Shown one piece after another: positions 1 through 13,250 of a stretch of 64,000 nucleotides of DNA. The position numbers and the translations under genes are program-made. Where the stretch lies: the NCBI GenBank assembly GCA_965153455.1, contig OZ234494.1:5828001-5892000 (forward strand), given 5' to 3'. Below the pieces are notes generated by a model. It made no database searches. It saw nothing but the letters and a program-made list of their open reading frames with translations, and had not been told where the DNA came from. This DNA is from Sphagnum compactum (taxonomy: Eukaryota). Positions within the stretch are counted from its first letter, which is position 1. Each line of letters opens with the position of its first letter.

Positions 1-84
1 AACATTGAAAAGTTGGCAGCAGTGTGAAATATTTACTCATAAATATTGCATTGTTGTCTGTCATGAACTGCCTTATTGTATTAG

Positions 85-2454
85 GTAGAAAACCATGTTG
101 TTGGGGCTCCATGTGGGGTGATGGATCAAATGGCATCTGCTTGTGGAGAGGCTAACAAACTTCTTGCCATGGTGTGCCAGGTTGTGCTTTCTACCTGACT
201 CCTCCTACCACATTTTCACCTTTCCCCCTGTACTTTGTAGCGATGAAAATTGAAACAGGATGATGAACATTGTCATGAACTCTCATTGGCTTCCATATGC
301 TAGACTGTAGATTTCTTCACAAATGTTTCACTGAGTAACATGCTCTTTTTGGAATGTTATGTGGTTAGCCTGCAGAAGTGAAGGAGCATGTGAATATTCC
401 CCACCATGTACAGTTCTGGGGCATTGATTCTGGTATCCGTCACAGGTAAAAAACTCTTGCTTCCCCCTCACTTCTTTTGGTCATACTGTCTTTCAGGACA
501 TTGTGAAATTGCACAGTTCCATCTTCAAGGTTTGGTTCTGAACAGATCACTTATTCTTCATGCAGTGTTGGAGGTGCTGATTATGGATCAGTGAGGGTGG
601 GGACCTTTATGGGGCGGCGAATTATCCAAGGCACTGCTTCAAAGCTTGCCAACAGCTTTAAGAAGACAAGGGAGGAAGCTGACAATGCTGAGCTTGCATT
701 ATCAACCGAAGATGCTGAGGAGGAATACCTGTGCAACATACCACCACACCGGTACACTCCCCTGAACAGGCAGTCACTGTGTGCACCTCTCTCAACTAGA
801 AGTGAAGAACTTGTAGCTGTGTTGCTACATGCAGAAGTTAAAAATGTATTTGGCATTACAGTGCAGCATATTCTGATCAATAATTTTTTGGGAATACTCT
901 GCAGCAACCTGTTTTAATCGTGTCTCTCACTTGTTCAAATCTACCATTTTGCCTCATCAGACTTGAGTCAGGGTATGAGTCAGTACTACCAACCAGTTTG
1001 AGTGGCGAAAGGTTTCTGGAGATGTTCAGCAGCCATAATGACCCCTTCACCAAAATCAAACCCGATAGAGTATATGATGTCAAAGTTCCAGCAGCTCATC
1101 CCATCTATGAGAACTTCCGTGTCAAGGTATTGGATTCCGAGCCAGAGTGAGTTTGTTGTTAGTGTATGAGGTACTATTATTATTAATTTATGAAGGCATC
1201 TTCAGAATGGACTTTACTGCCTGTTCCTTATGTGCTAAGAAGGGGGTCTTTAGAAAAAAGACCTGGAATATTGTGGCTGTTGTGTGCAGGATGACATGCA
1301 GTCTTCTAACTTTGCCATTGTTGGAATATGGTGGTGTGCAGGCATTTGCTACATTGCTAACAGCAGTACACACAGACATGCAGCTTGAAGCATTGGGGGA
1401 GCTCATGTATCAGGTGAGTGCTTTTGCTTGCCTAAGTGCCCTCAATCTGTAATAAAGAACGTTGATGCACAGCTTATTAACATGTATGGTATGGATGGCA
1501 AAGAGTTAGAGACATAAAACAACTGGACAGCAATCTTGACCCTATCTTGCTAGCTCTCTGTAACTGATCAGAAATGGGATCACAAACAGTATGGTGATTG
1601 CTAACCATTACTGGAAGGAAAACATCACCCCGTTACAACAGTGCAAGTTTCCTTGCAGTCAGGCTGGAAACATGCAAATATCATCATGCTTATGTGTCTG
1701 AACTCTGGTAATAGATGTTAATGATTGAAGAGGTTGGAGATGGGTGGCAGTCACATTACAGCTACTCAAAATGCAGGCTGGGCTCACATGGCACCGACCG
1801 TCTGGTATCCCTGGTTAAGCAAACAAGGAATCAAGCTTACACAAAAGGTACATCTCTCTTTGGTGCAAAAATAACTGGTGGTGGATGCGGAGGCACAGTT
1901 TGTGTGCTGGGACGCACAGGTGCAACAAGCCAAAACCAAATCCTCCAGGTAATGATGGCTCTAAAACATTTCAAAATCTGTCTTAGAGAGTGAGGTCATG
2001 AAACTCTTTCTTCTGTTGAATCTAGAATGCTATGTGTTTCTTGTCAGCTCTGATTTTTCTCATCATTAATTGTTCAAAATAAGCTTGGTTTTCATGCTTT
2101 CACTGGACAGCTGCTGATTCAGGATCTCATTCACACAATTGTGTATCTAACAGAAAGTTGCAAAAAAAAACAGTCCAGCTGCATCTCTTTCAGCTTGATG
2201 AACTCCCTTCCTTGACTAAATGTGTTGCAGTCTCTATACTCATGCGTGGCCTAGCTCCACTTGGATGTCTTGGGTGGGAGAGACAAGAGAACAGAATCTT
2301 GTGGTAATCCAATTGCTTGTCCTCTCTGCAGATTCAGCAGCAATATAAAAGTGCAACAGGACATCTTCCTTTCATTTTTGAAGGCTCCTCCATGGGGGCT
2401 GGCCAATTTGGATTCCTTCGCATTCGTCGCTGGTCTTCAAAGACCATGTCCTAA
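85..2454 (+). CDS. ARA1: L-arabinokinase (GHMP kinase family), 3' portion; the gene starts upstream of the window. Exons ~85-180, 369-445, 566-751, 961-1126, 1342-1413, 1751-1948, 2332-2454
   Basis: Spliced translation gives [84 protein letters not shown] and [18 protein letters not shown], matching the plant arabinokinase C-terminal domain; all introns GT-AG; stop TAA 2452-2454. Confidence 0.93.
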
Positions 2455-3463
2455 GGCATGCCCTCAACACAGACCACAACTACAGCAAACAAGATTGGTG
2501 TTTCCAGGTCCTACATTACTTTTGACTTTCTTTTTCGGTTCTGGGAGGAGCATATCTCACATGACATACATTCATATAGAGCTGAGTAGTAACTACATTG
2601 ATTCTTGGGATTTAAATTTGCTCAGCAACTATTATCAGAAAGGGTCTTACATGTTGCAAAACATGGGGAATTGCCAATTCTGTAGGATTCTTATTTCTGA
2701 ATTACATCCTAAAATTTATAATGACAAGTGAGGCAGATTGCTGGCATGATTAATAACATGTCTAACATCCTCACCCCATCATAACCACACACTAGTGTTG
2801 TCTGGATGCTCCTGTCAATAGACAACAGAAGTGGTAATTCCGCCCCTGGTTTGAATACTCTAATATTGGTCACACCAAAAGATCATTCCACAAACCTGTA
2901 TCATACAGGCATATTAATAGTCAGTGGGCTATTGCCAACTCTCCATTGCCTTCTGCTTCATGATGGTTTGACCAAACCCTGCAGAATATGCTCCATCTTC
3001 GAATGGTAAATGCTAATGTATACAAGCACTACTTTCTTCACTTTCATTGCCAAAACTCTCGGTTTTTCTGTGGACACTGGCCTACCACAGTGTCTGAATC
3101 TCTCCACTCTCTTGGTTGTTTGCATATCTCGGATCTCAGATGCGTTGACATACAACAAGAATCTTGAAACAAAAACCATCTGAATGAAACCACAGCATAC
3201 ACAAACAGTACAAATCATGCTCACATCACTGGACCAGCTCCAGGCAAAACATTCATAAAACAAAAAATAGTGACTCAGATAATATCAAAAGAGAAAGTGG
3301 ATGAACTGTCCCTAGAAAACACTCATCTCATGATGAGAACATCATGTGTAATCGACTTGGTTTCTCCAGATTTCCTACAAGTGTGCTTGCTGTAGTAGGC
3401 TTTAGGCAAAGAGGAGTTCTCCATGAGGTTGTTCAGGTTGTAAAAGTGTACGTATCCTTAGCA

Positions 3464-5508
3464 CTACAGTGTTTTGGCTTTGATTGGTTGCTTCTTCCTC
3501 ATCATCTGACGAATTGCTGAGTTTCTCATGCCCAAAAAGAATAAAAGAGCTCCAAAAAGTGACAAATTCTGCATACAGAATGATGTGCACATGTTATAGA
3601 CAGACGTTGCAACTCAGGAAGCTATTTCCATGAAACCAACCAGGTAATCTCCTTGAATGAGAACTTTTTTCCATTATGTTATATTCTAACAGAGTCAAGA
3701 AACCAAAAAGTGTTTCAATAAGTATGCATCAATGTTTACCTTCAAGAAAGAGTTGAACTGATGGAGGTAATCAGGACTCGCAAGATCATAATTGTAAAAA
3801 TCATGTATAATTGGTGTTACTGCAGCCAAGAATATGAGCTACACAGAAACAGAATCACACCAGAACTTTATTTGGAGTTGCAATTTCTCTTCTGTTTTGA
3901 TCTCCCTAACCTTTGCTGTTTAACCCTGTTATCTACCCTAACCTCTCTTCTCCAAAAGCCCTCTACTCAAAAAAGCTTTGAAGAACTAGTCTTGTTCCAA
4001 CAAGTTTCTCTGGTGTGCATCCCATTTGTCAAAAGCTATCCATACATGTGAAGTTGTGTGAACAAACTGTGGTGTAAATACTGAAACTAGAAAAGACTGT
4101 TGCAGGAAAGTCTTAGTATGCATATTACTCACCAACAAATAGGCACCCAAGCTGCTGCCCAAGATGAACAAAAGACCACCTACACCTTCCAGCACTATCG
4201 CTGCCATCAACAAATGTTTTGTCTGCAATCAACATCCAACAAGTGGTCAGTAGAGCATTACTCTTCAAAACCTGCATTAGTTGAAACTAGAGGGGCCAAA
4301 GCTCTTGCCCTAAAACTGGCACTAGCTGAAACTAAGGGGATCAAAGCACTTGCACAAAACCTCACTAGTTGAAACTACAGGGGCAAAAGCTCTTGTGTAA
4401 AAGCCACACTAGTTGAAGCTCTTGCACATCTTAGTAAGATCAGGTGGACGATGCAAAAATAAGTCTAGGTCTAGCAATGTTGTTCTTTCTTAAGCCAAAA
4501 TTAATCATATATATCATACTCAAATACTCTCTTGCAATGGATTTCAAGCAAAGGGAAGAGGGGACTGAAGCTTGTGCCTGCACACCTCAACATTTTGAGG
4601 TAGAGAAAAGTTGACATTGAACATCTCATTGACATTCTTTCTGAACAGCTCAAACTTCGGGTTCAGGGCATCCAAAGCAGCACCTCCATTTTGGCCGAAA
4701 CCCTGGATTCTGAGGAATAAAACAACAAACACATGCAAGCACATGCAAAACAACAATCCTATCATAAGCAGAGGCATTCAGAAACAAATGCCTGCATAAA
4801 ATAAGAGTGTGACCAGATGGATAGATAGACCACCCTGCAGGTTCACATACTCAACCCTGCTGGAGAATGCTTGATGGCCAGAACAGCACATCCTACTCAA
4901 TAAACATGTTCTTCTGCTTCTAAACACACGCACTCTCTCTCTCTCTCTCTCTCGCCTGCTTCTCTCGGTGACGCTTATTTGAGAGAAAGAGAGAGAGAGA
5001 GAGAGTCTTTGCCAAGACTAATGACAAGCTCCGGACTTCGACCTAGCAAATGCAGAGGATCAAAAACACACACACCTTCACAAGGGGGCTAAAGCCGCGG
5101 CGATGAAAAACGACTCTCAGCAAGGCCACCACGCAGTTCAGCAGCAATATGACAGGAGGGAAATACAAAATCACAATCAAGAAAATTTCCTAGACAAAAT
5201 ACAACCTACAACTCTCACAACAGCAGCAGCAACAGACGCCAATAACAACGACGACGACAACACAGGCAATCAAAGCCTCCGAGGAGACTGAGGCCAACAA
5301 CAGTTACCAATAGAAGAAGAAGAAGCTTTTACCGATGGAAGAAGTTTTCACAAAAACAAAACAAGAAACAAGAAACAAACTCCGTCCGCTATGAAGAAAA
5401 TGGAATGCTTGTTTTTGTGTTTTTCCCCCCCCCCACTTACTTCTGCCAAGCAGCGAGAATAAAGATGGCGGAGAAGGCCACACGGCCTATGAAGGACAGA
5501 AAGCCCAT
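3464..5508 (-). CDS. HR-like lesion-inducing family membrane protein (DoxX/SURF4-like). Exons 5508-5441, 4709-4586, 4222-4133, 3838-3740, 3568-3464
   Basis: Spliced product MGFLSFIGRVAFSAIFILAAWQK...TKHLLMAAIVLEGVGGLLFILGSSLGAYLL...VTPIIHDFYNYD...NLSLFGALLFFLGMRNS...KAKTL*, typical of this plant family; frame-consistent GT-AG junctions. Confidence 0.88.
4275..4428. repeat. ~43-bp tandem repeat (about 3.5 copies) in an intron
   Basis: Recurring CTAGTTGAAACTA.AGGGG..AAAGCTCTTG unit. Confidence 0.7.
4933..5005. repeat. (CT)n followed by (GA)n microsatellites
   Basis: Direct reading of the sequence. Confidence 0.8.
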
Positions 5509-6275
5509 GCCACTAGCTCTCCTCGGCCTCCCCAGTGCAAGCAAACCTCCGAAATGCAAATGACAAACAGAAGAGAACCAGCAGAAGTGCACTCCTGTCT
5601 GTTTCCCTTCTTCTCTCTCGCACGCAAGAGGAGAGCTCTCGAGAACAGCTTCTTCTGTCAAGGGCCTGTTGAGACAGCCCCTGGCAAGGGCCTCTGTCAA
5701 GGGCCGCTGTTGAGAGCCTAGTCCCTTACGTACATACATAGGTACTTGTTTACTTTGGGTGTTCGAGTCGGAGTTGGACCAGAATTCTTTTTTTTTCCCT
5801 GCCTAAATTTTAGCGCGTTGGCTAAAAGAAATATTTCACAAAATGGCTAAAAATACTTGTTTTTTTGGTTTTCTAGTTGCCAATTTCTCGCAATTAGAAT
5901 TTTACACACACACATATATATATATACAGATTTCTCTATTTTGGTTCTAGCATGTAGCCAAAAATGTGAAGGAATCTTTAAATTTTTTACTTTCATATCC
6001 CATTTATAACCAAATTTGGCTAAACTGTATTATTGATGATAGCCGAGTCCAGCCTCACATTTTGGGAATGTCCCCCCACCCATGGGCTTTACCTATCATA
6101 AAGCAGGAGGCAAAATTTATCATGAACCAAACCTACCTCGATCATGAGGCCTATGAATAGGAGGGTTCTTATGCCTACTCATCAATAGTGGGAGGGTTCT
6201 TACACCTATATAAGTAGGCATCATCTCCCTCCCATCTTTGAGGATCAGGCATAATATCCCTGCGAGCTGCGACCT

Positions 6276-6523
6276 TACCCTAGGCCCCTTATTTGGAGAA
6301 TGCCCTAACCCTAGGGCTTTAGGGAATGCCCTAACCCTAGAGCTTTATCCTACACTTGAAAGACTTCTGTTTTTTTCCATTGCAACTATCGTCTTGGACC
6401 TCCGCGCACTATCTCTCTCTCTCTCTCTCTCAAATTTTCACTTCTCTCCTTTGCAATTCGAGTTGTCCTCCGGCTCTTCCACTCCGGAGACAACCGAATT
6501 GCATGTTGGCTTCTAAACCCTAG
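6276..6523 (+). promoter_or_regulatory. Telo-box-like (AACCCTA/AAACCCTA) motifs in the divergent promoter shared by the HR-like gene and SAR1
   Basis: GAATGCCCTAACCCTAG duplicated at ~6298 and ~6324, AAACCCTAG at ~6515; telo-boxes are known plant promoter elements of housekeeping genes. Confidence 0.45.
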
Positions 6524-6705
6524 AGCTTTTGTTTTGGGGGTTTTCTTTTGTTGTGCCTTTTTTTGGCCCCCGTCTCTTCCTTCCTTCCTTCCTTCCACGC
6601 AGTTCTGCAGTGCTCTCCCATCACCAGAAAAAAACAGACAGGAAAAAAAAAAACAACAGCCCAGCCTGAGGAGCGCTGACTGATTAACAGTGGCACTCTG
6701 GGAAG

Positions 6706-8132
6706 ATGTTTTTGTTTGACTGGTTTTACAGCGTGCTTGCAACACTAGGGTTGTGGCAGAAGGAGGCGAAAATCTTGTTCCTTGGCTTGGACAATGCCGG
6801 CAAGACCACGTTGCTGCACATGCTCAAGGATGAGGTTGCTATTCTTTTCTGTGTCTTGGTTGGGACCTTAGCAAGGGTTTGTTGTTGTGGTGGTGGTGGA
6901 ATTGAGGAAGATGGGGTTGTTGGTGTCTTTTTTCTTGTTTTGGGATCGGCTGTCTTTGTCGTCTGTGAGATTGTGGATGGTGGGTCATGGGAGCAACTTC
7001 TCTCTACAGAATAACCTCCTTCTGATTGCATCTTTCTTTTGCTTGTTCTTGTTCCATTCTTGTGTGTTTTTCAGAGGTTGGCACAGCATCAACCAACGCA
7101 GTATCCTACATCAGAAGAGCTGAGCATTGGCAATATCAAGTTCAAAGCGTTTGATTTGGGGGGCCATCAGATTGCCAGAAGAGTATGGAAGGACTACTAT
7201 GCAAAGGTAAAAATCTCGTTGAGCCACAGAAGAAGAAGATGCTGCTGAATGTCCTCTCTCAGGAGTTGCTTAATCTTTTTGTATGTATGTATGTCAGAAA
7301 GAGGAAATCCATTTGAAGCAGCTGCTGCACCATGATGTTGTTGGAAATTATTTCTCTTGTACTTTCACTGCACGATTTGATTGACTGACAATGAATGTGG
7401 TGATGAAGAGGTGATTAGTATTATAATCCTTCTTGCATGTCACAATTCAGGAGAAAAAATAACTTGTTGTAAGAATTGCCATTTGCAATTGGCTGGCTGG
7501 GCTGTTCATGAGAGGAGGTGAAGCAGAGAGAGAAGAAGAGTAGGGGAGTTGAATGATCAGGATACCCTAGTGTTAGGGTTGAGGGCGCAACTCTTCTTGT
7601 GTGTGGTGAAGGTCACCATGATGATGGGCAGTGGAACAGTGGAGTCTGATGTTGAGATGAGTTGCTTCTGATGTCATCAATGATGATGTGTGGGGTTAAT
7701 TCCTTATCCATCTCAGAGCAGGTGGAGTCATGTTTAAGAACAGCTTTCTCATTTTATGTAAGTATGCAACCAGTAATGGCACAATGACTCGTAAGAAGAC
7801 TGATTTTGCAGGTGGATGGCATAGTGTATCTGGTGGATGCGGCTGACAAGGAAAGGTTTGCAGAGTCGAAGAAGGAGCTAGATGCGCTCTTGTCAGATGA
7901 CTCGCTTGCACAAGTTCCATTCCTGATCCTGGGCAACAAGATTGACATTCCATATGCAGCTTCAGAAGATGAGCTACGCTACTCGCTAGGCCTGAGCAAC
8001 TACACAACTGGCAAGGGGAAGGTGAATCTTGGTGAGACCAATATGCGGCCAATCGAGGTCTTCATGTGCAGTATAGTGCGAAAGATGGGCTATGGGGAAG
8101 GCTTCAAGTGGCTGTCTCAGTACATTAAGTAA
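6706..8132 (+). CDS. SAR1: COPII small GTPase SAR1 (193 aa). Exons 6706-6834, 7075-7206, 7812-8132
   Basis: [43 protein letters not shown] / [13 protein letters not shown] / [12 protein letters not shown] / GNKID / [28 protein letters not shown]; 582 nt spliced CDS. Confidence 0.98.
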
Positions 8133-9424
8133 ACTCTATGTGTCGTGAGTTTGGTGAGGTGCACGAGGTTTTTGTTGGACTGGAGGTTTTCTTTTTTCAT
8201 GTTGAGGCAGTTGCAGGATGGATATTGAGTGGACTCGTGGCATGGTTTTTGCATTGGTGCAAGGCCCATATCTGGTTGCCACTGCAGCAATGAGTGGGCG
8301 CTCAAATCATCACCTTTTTTTGTCTCTGCAGATTCTGGAAATCAGGTAGTAGTAGTACTACTTAGGAACTCAATTTCCAATTTATATGTTTGTAAGATGA
8401 CATTCATGTGCCCCAAATGCACTCTGGGTGTCCACTAGTAAGAGACACCTTGTACCACCATTCTTGGCAATCTACAAAGCAGAATGAGAGCTCTTTTGAG
8501 GGTTTTTCTGTGTCTTGACATCATGTGTTTTCTTCATCCATTGAGTTCTACTAATCCTGGTGCATCGAGGGTTGTAAGAAGAACAGGGGTGGCCTCCTAG
8601 TCTTGGTTGTCTGGGTGTTGTCACAGATTTCAATTTGCAAGAAGCTGTCCACCAACAGGGCTTGTTGCTGTTACTGCTATGGACAACTTGCTTGGTTGAG
8701 TCTTCATCAAGCTCTTTTTACTTTCTAAAGTACGTTTTCTAGCTCATGATAGTCACACAAACTGTGGGTGTCTTTTGACAGGTGATAAAGACGGATTTAC
8801 TACTTATGGGAGTTGTTTTTTTTGCAAATGTGGTTTTGGTGTTCAGTTTGTTGGTCCCAAAATCTCCCTGTTCTCATTTTTCTTCTAAGCTTCCAAAGTG
8901 GCAATTAGCCTGAGGTAGATTTTACATCATCAATTTGTTTGGTTTTGTAGTTGGATCTTTGCTCAAAACAGTGTGCACACAGGCAGTTTGTGTCTTTGCA
9001 ATTCCCAATAAATGCAAACATCATCTTCATCATCATCATCAACGGGTTCCCAACTTTCCCGTAGAGTTTTGAGCTTGCTGAGTGCGATCAGCTTTTGGTA
9101 GTTTACATCATCAATTTGCTTAACTTTTTTAGTTCAATCTTTGTGCAAAATGCAGTGCATGCATAGGTGGTTTCTATCTTGCTATTGCTACCCAAAATGC
9201 AATCAACATCAACTTTTGCTCAGAAGCCTTCCATTTCTGCGCGATGAGCTCCTTTCTCCAAGCCTGCATCTTCTCACTACTTCACATACACACTGCACCA
9301 CTCCCTTGTCTACATGCAGAGGTAAAGGAAATTGAAGAGTGTAAAAGAAATGGAATGAGCTAGGACACTGCCGACCAATCCGAGTGTCCGTCAAGACAGC
9401 AAATCAGAAGCAGCCAGTTGGATC

Positions 9425-9638
9425 ACAGATCCACCGTCAAAAAACCACAAATACATCTGCACCGTCAAAATAGGTTTTTTTCTTTTTCTCTGAAAAAATG
9501 ACTCTTAACTTCATCTGTACCGTCAAATGTTCTTTTCTTTTCTATGAAAAAAGGACTCATAAATAATCTGCACCGTCAAAAACGTTTTTTTTTTTTCCTG
9601 AAAAAGGGACTCTTAAATAGGTACATTCGCACCGTCAG
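9425..9638. repeat. Degenerate tandem repeat upstream of eIF2-beta with five (ATCTGC)ACCGTCA cores
   Basis: ACCGTCA at ~9433, 9461, 9519, 9572, 9631 with similar flanking T-rich/GAAAAA.GACTC sequence. Confidence 0.7.
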
Positions 9639-9811
9639 CGGTTATAACCATGGTTTGTGGAAGTTTTAACCATCGTTAGTGAGCGCTTGACTCCTGGTTT
9701 CTTTAGGTCTTGGGTGTTAGGGTTTGAGGAAGGAAGACCTCTGAGCAAGCCGCGCGCGCTCTAGCGTTCAGTGTTTTGTTGTTTGCAGATCGAGATCCGC
9801 GGTACACGATC

Positions 9812-12800
9812 ATGGCGGGGGAGGAACAGCAGCATGATGACACAATGCCTGAGCTCAAGGAGAGCGTCGGTGGAGAGGTCTGTTGTTATTTTGTTGCTTG
9901 CCTTCGTCTTGCCAGTGTGAGTTTTGTATTTTGTGTTTTGAATGCAAGAACAACATGAAGGAACAGATACGACGCCGATTTTATCACGGACGAACTTGTT
10001 CCCGAGCTCCGTTTGTATTGTTCCTGGCATGATGATACCATGCCTGGGCTCAAGGAGAGCATCGGTGGAGAGGTCTATTGTTTTCTTGGTTGCCTTCGGT
10101 CTTGTCCGTGTCATTTCTTATACTTATTGTATATATATTTATAGTTTTGAATGTAAGAACATGACGGAACAGCTGCGACGTCCATTTTTTTCACGAAATA
10201 ATTTATCTCTGAGCTCCATTTGTTTTGTTCCTGGGCATGATGACACCATGCCTGAGCTCAAGGAGAGCATCGTTGGTGATGCCTGTTGTTTCCTTGATTG
10301 GCTTCGGTCTTGTCCGTGTCATTGTTCTGTTTTTTTTTTTTTTCCTGTATTTTTTTTTTTGCTTTGAATGCAAGAAGAATATGAAGGAACACGAATTCTT
10401 CTTGGCATTCCCTTGAGTGATTGCAGAACTGTCGAGAAGGAACCTGGTGCGTATCAGCAATCCATACATTGGATTGCATCGACTGGCATTTCATTTTTTA
10501 AAATGCTTGTTAGTCGAATGACAGACAACAGAAGGCGGAATGTTGTTTTGTTTTGTTTTGTTCGTCTTTTTTCTGTTGTGTCTTGTAGAGCTCAGTAGAG
10601 CTGTGTGTAAATCCCTGTCATCTTCAAGGTATATGTTCCTCCATTCTCATCTTGGAGATTGGATAGAATGCCATATCTGAAATGCACAGTCTGCAGTTCC
10701 TTTGGTGCCATGGCAGATAAAAACAACAGCCATGGCTGTGTCAAAATTTTCTGAACCAGCAGTTCTTTGTGTAGATTGGCACCTTTGATCCAACAAAGAA
10801 GAAGAAAAAGAAGAAAGTGCGAATGCAAGAGGATGAAGAGGTGGAGCCTGTTGAGAAGCTGGTGCAGAGGGTGGAGACCTTGACAGGTATGGTGGGCTCA
10901 TCATAGGCTTGCAGACTTGGTGATGTGATGACACGCTTTTGTCATCTTTTCACTCTTGATATCTTTTATCACTTGCAGTTGCTGATGGTGTGGATTCGAC
11001 TTTTGCGGGGTTGAAAAAGAAGAAGAAGAAGAAGCCTGTAAGTGTTAGTTTTTCTCTTTGTTTCTTCCTCTATTTCAGAGTTCATAAATGCACCAAAATC
11101 CTATGCATCCTCTTATGAAAGGTTGATTGTAATATTGGCATCCATGGTCTCTTGTTAGGTTGTTGCTTCTGTGTTCTTAGTGCTTCTGCATGCAAAAGAG
11201 CTTATGACTGGGAGCAGCTTTCTTAAGAATTGAACCTCAATGTGAAAATTCCCTGGTTTTTGCACATTTTTCTTGTTCTGGCACAGTGATACTAGTACTG
11301 GCTATTTGTAGGTTGAAGGTGAGGTTGCAGATGAAGAAGAAGCGAATGGTGGTGTTGCAGAAGAACCAAATGGTAAACAGTGTGCCCATGACGTGTTTAA
11401 ATTCAATGTGTTGTTGGCAGAAGGCAATCATAGTTGTGAGGGCACATTGTAATCTGGGATTAACACTTCATGAAGCTTAGGGAGAAATCTTTACTGCAGT
11501 GATGCTAACAAAATGTCTCTTTTATGTGTGCATCATTCCAACAAGGCTTTGCAGTCATTTCTTATTAAGCATGAACTCCAGCTAGTCTTTTCTCTTTCAA
11601 CTGTGAATGACAAGGAGATGTCACTTTAAGAATGAATAGAAGAGCATCAGCCAAATAAGTGTCCAAGAGTATGTTGAAATTTGTGATTGTGTGTTGTTTT
11701 TTTGTAGGTGTGGAACTGGATGCAGAGGAGGATGAGGATGATGAGGAAGCAGAAGAAATTGTCTTAGAAGCACGGTTCCCATGGGAGGGTTCAGACAGAG
11801 ACTACCAGTATGAAGAGGTCGGTTCTAGGGATATCTATGCTCTTACATTCCTGTCTATACCTATTACTCTTGAGATTGAGTTACAATTGCCATGACATTA
11901 TTTGACATGGCCATTGCTTGATATGGACTCTATTGTAGTTTGTGGAAAGATAAATACATTGTAGAAGTTTGCATTGTATATTGCATGTTCTAGTAACAGG
12001 CTGGGGTGGGTCCAGCTTTTAGGACGTGTGTTCAACATCCTAAGAGAGAACAACCCAGAGTTGGCGGGAGAGAAGAGGCGTACAATCATGCGGCCACCTC
12101 AGGTTCTCCGAGAGGGTACCAAGAAGACCGTCTTTGTGAATTTTATGGACCTATGCAAAACGTAGGGTTCCCCTGGTCTGTTTCCATTAACTTTGCTGAT
12201 TTTGAGTTTTTTTCATTGTTGTCATGCATCAAGCATAGAACATTGCATCTTTGTTTGTCTGAGGTAGGTGCCCAGAAGACACTCATGTGTGGAGAAGTTG
12301 TCAAGGGTTAAGCAGCAATTGTTACAGATGATGATGGTTGACCAGAAAGGTGAATTGTGCTTATTATGGGATGGGGTGGTTGCACAGCATGCATCGTCAA
12401 CCAGAACATGTTATGGCCTTTCTGCTGGCAGAGCTGGGCACAAGTGGATCACTTGATGGGCAGCAGCGTCTGGTAGTCAAGGGTCGGTTTGCTCCCAAGG
12501 TTTTTGAGGGTATCCTACGACATTATGTCAGTAAGTTTCCTGCAACTCCCTCACCACTGCCATATCTGCCTTGTGCAGACCATTGCTGTTATTACCCTCT
12601 ATTTTTTTTGTTTTTTTTCTGGTATTTGCTATTGCCTTCTCACTAGGCTCTCATGGATGTGTGTCTGCCATAGAACCAAAAAGGTGCTAGTCTCATTGGA
12701 CACTGGTGATTTGTATGAGTGCAGATGAGTATGTGATGTGCAATGGGTGCAAAAGTCCTGACACCATCTTATCCAAGGAAAACCGCTTGTTTTTCCTTCG

Positions 12801-13250
12801 CTGTGAGCAGGTATTTGTTTAATCTAACCCATTCCCTGCGATTGGTGGCACCCATACCATAGCATAGCATGTGTTACTGGTGTGGTTCTGGTCATGCTTT
12901 GCATGTGATTGAGATGAATTATTTAGGGTATTATCTTTTGAGGAATGCAGATGTTAGAGGAAGAGGTGGGTGATTTAGAGATTTACTATGTAGTTGGCTG
13001 GGGTTGGCCACTGTGTGTTCTTATTCTCTGCTAACTTCTGTTTGCTGTGGGAGAATGTGGGAGAGTGAAAGAGGCTGTTAGGATAGGCTTATTTACTTGG
13101 CATTGTATCCCTTCCTTCTGGCTGGCAATTTCATCCAATGTTTTCATTGTCATATTGTTATTGGGGCTGCAGTGTGGATGTTCACGATCAGTTGCACCCA
13201 TCAAGGCAGGATTTGTGGCGAGGGTTGGCCGTCGCAAGACTACCACTTAG
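9812..13250 (+). CDS. EIF2S2: Eukaryotic translation initiation factor 2 subunit beta. Exons 9812-9877, 10775-10886, 10979-11037, 11312-11372, 11708-11817, 12016-12161, 12388-12530, 12725-12810, 13173-13250
   Basis: [11 protein letters not shown] and [10 protein letters not shown] lysine boxes, [72 protein letters not shown]4 zinc finger CNGC...CEQCG; telo-box TAGGGTTT at ~9718. Confidence 0.96.

Noticed and set aside
7618-7672. C/D box snoRNA in SAR1 intron 2 (ATGATGA...CTGA...CTGA)
   Set aside because: Only ~55 nt, no clear terminal stem or recognisable rRNA guide; GATGAT runs are common here
10775-11037. eIF2-beta having only two lysine boxes as an anomaly
   Set aside because: Two poly-Lys stretches are the normal plant configuration as I know it
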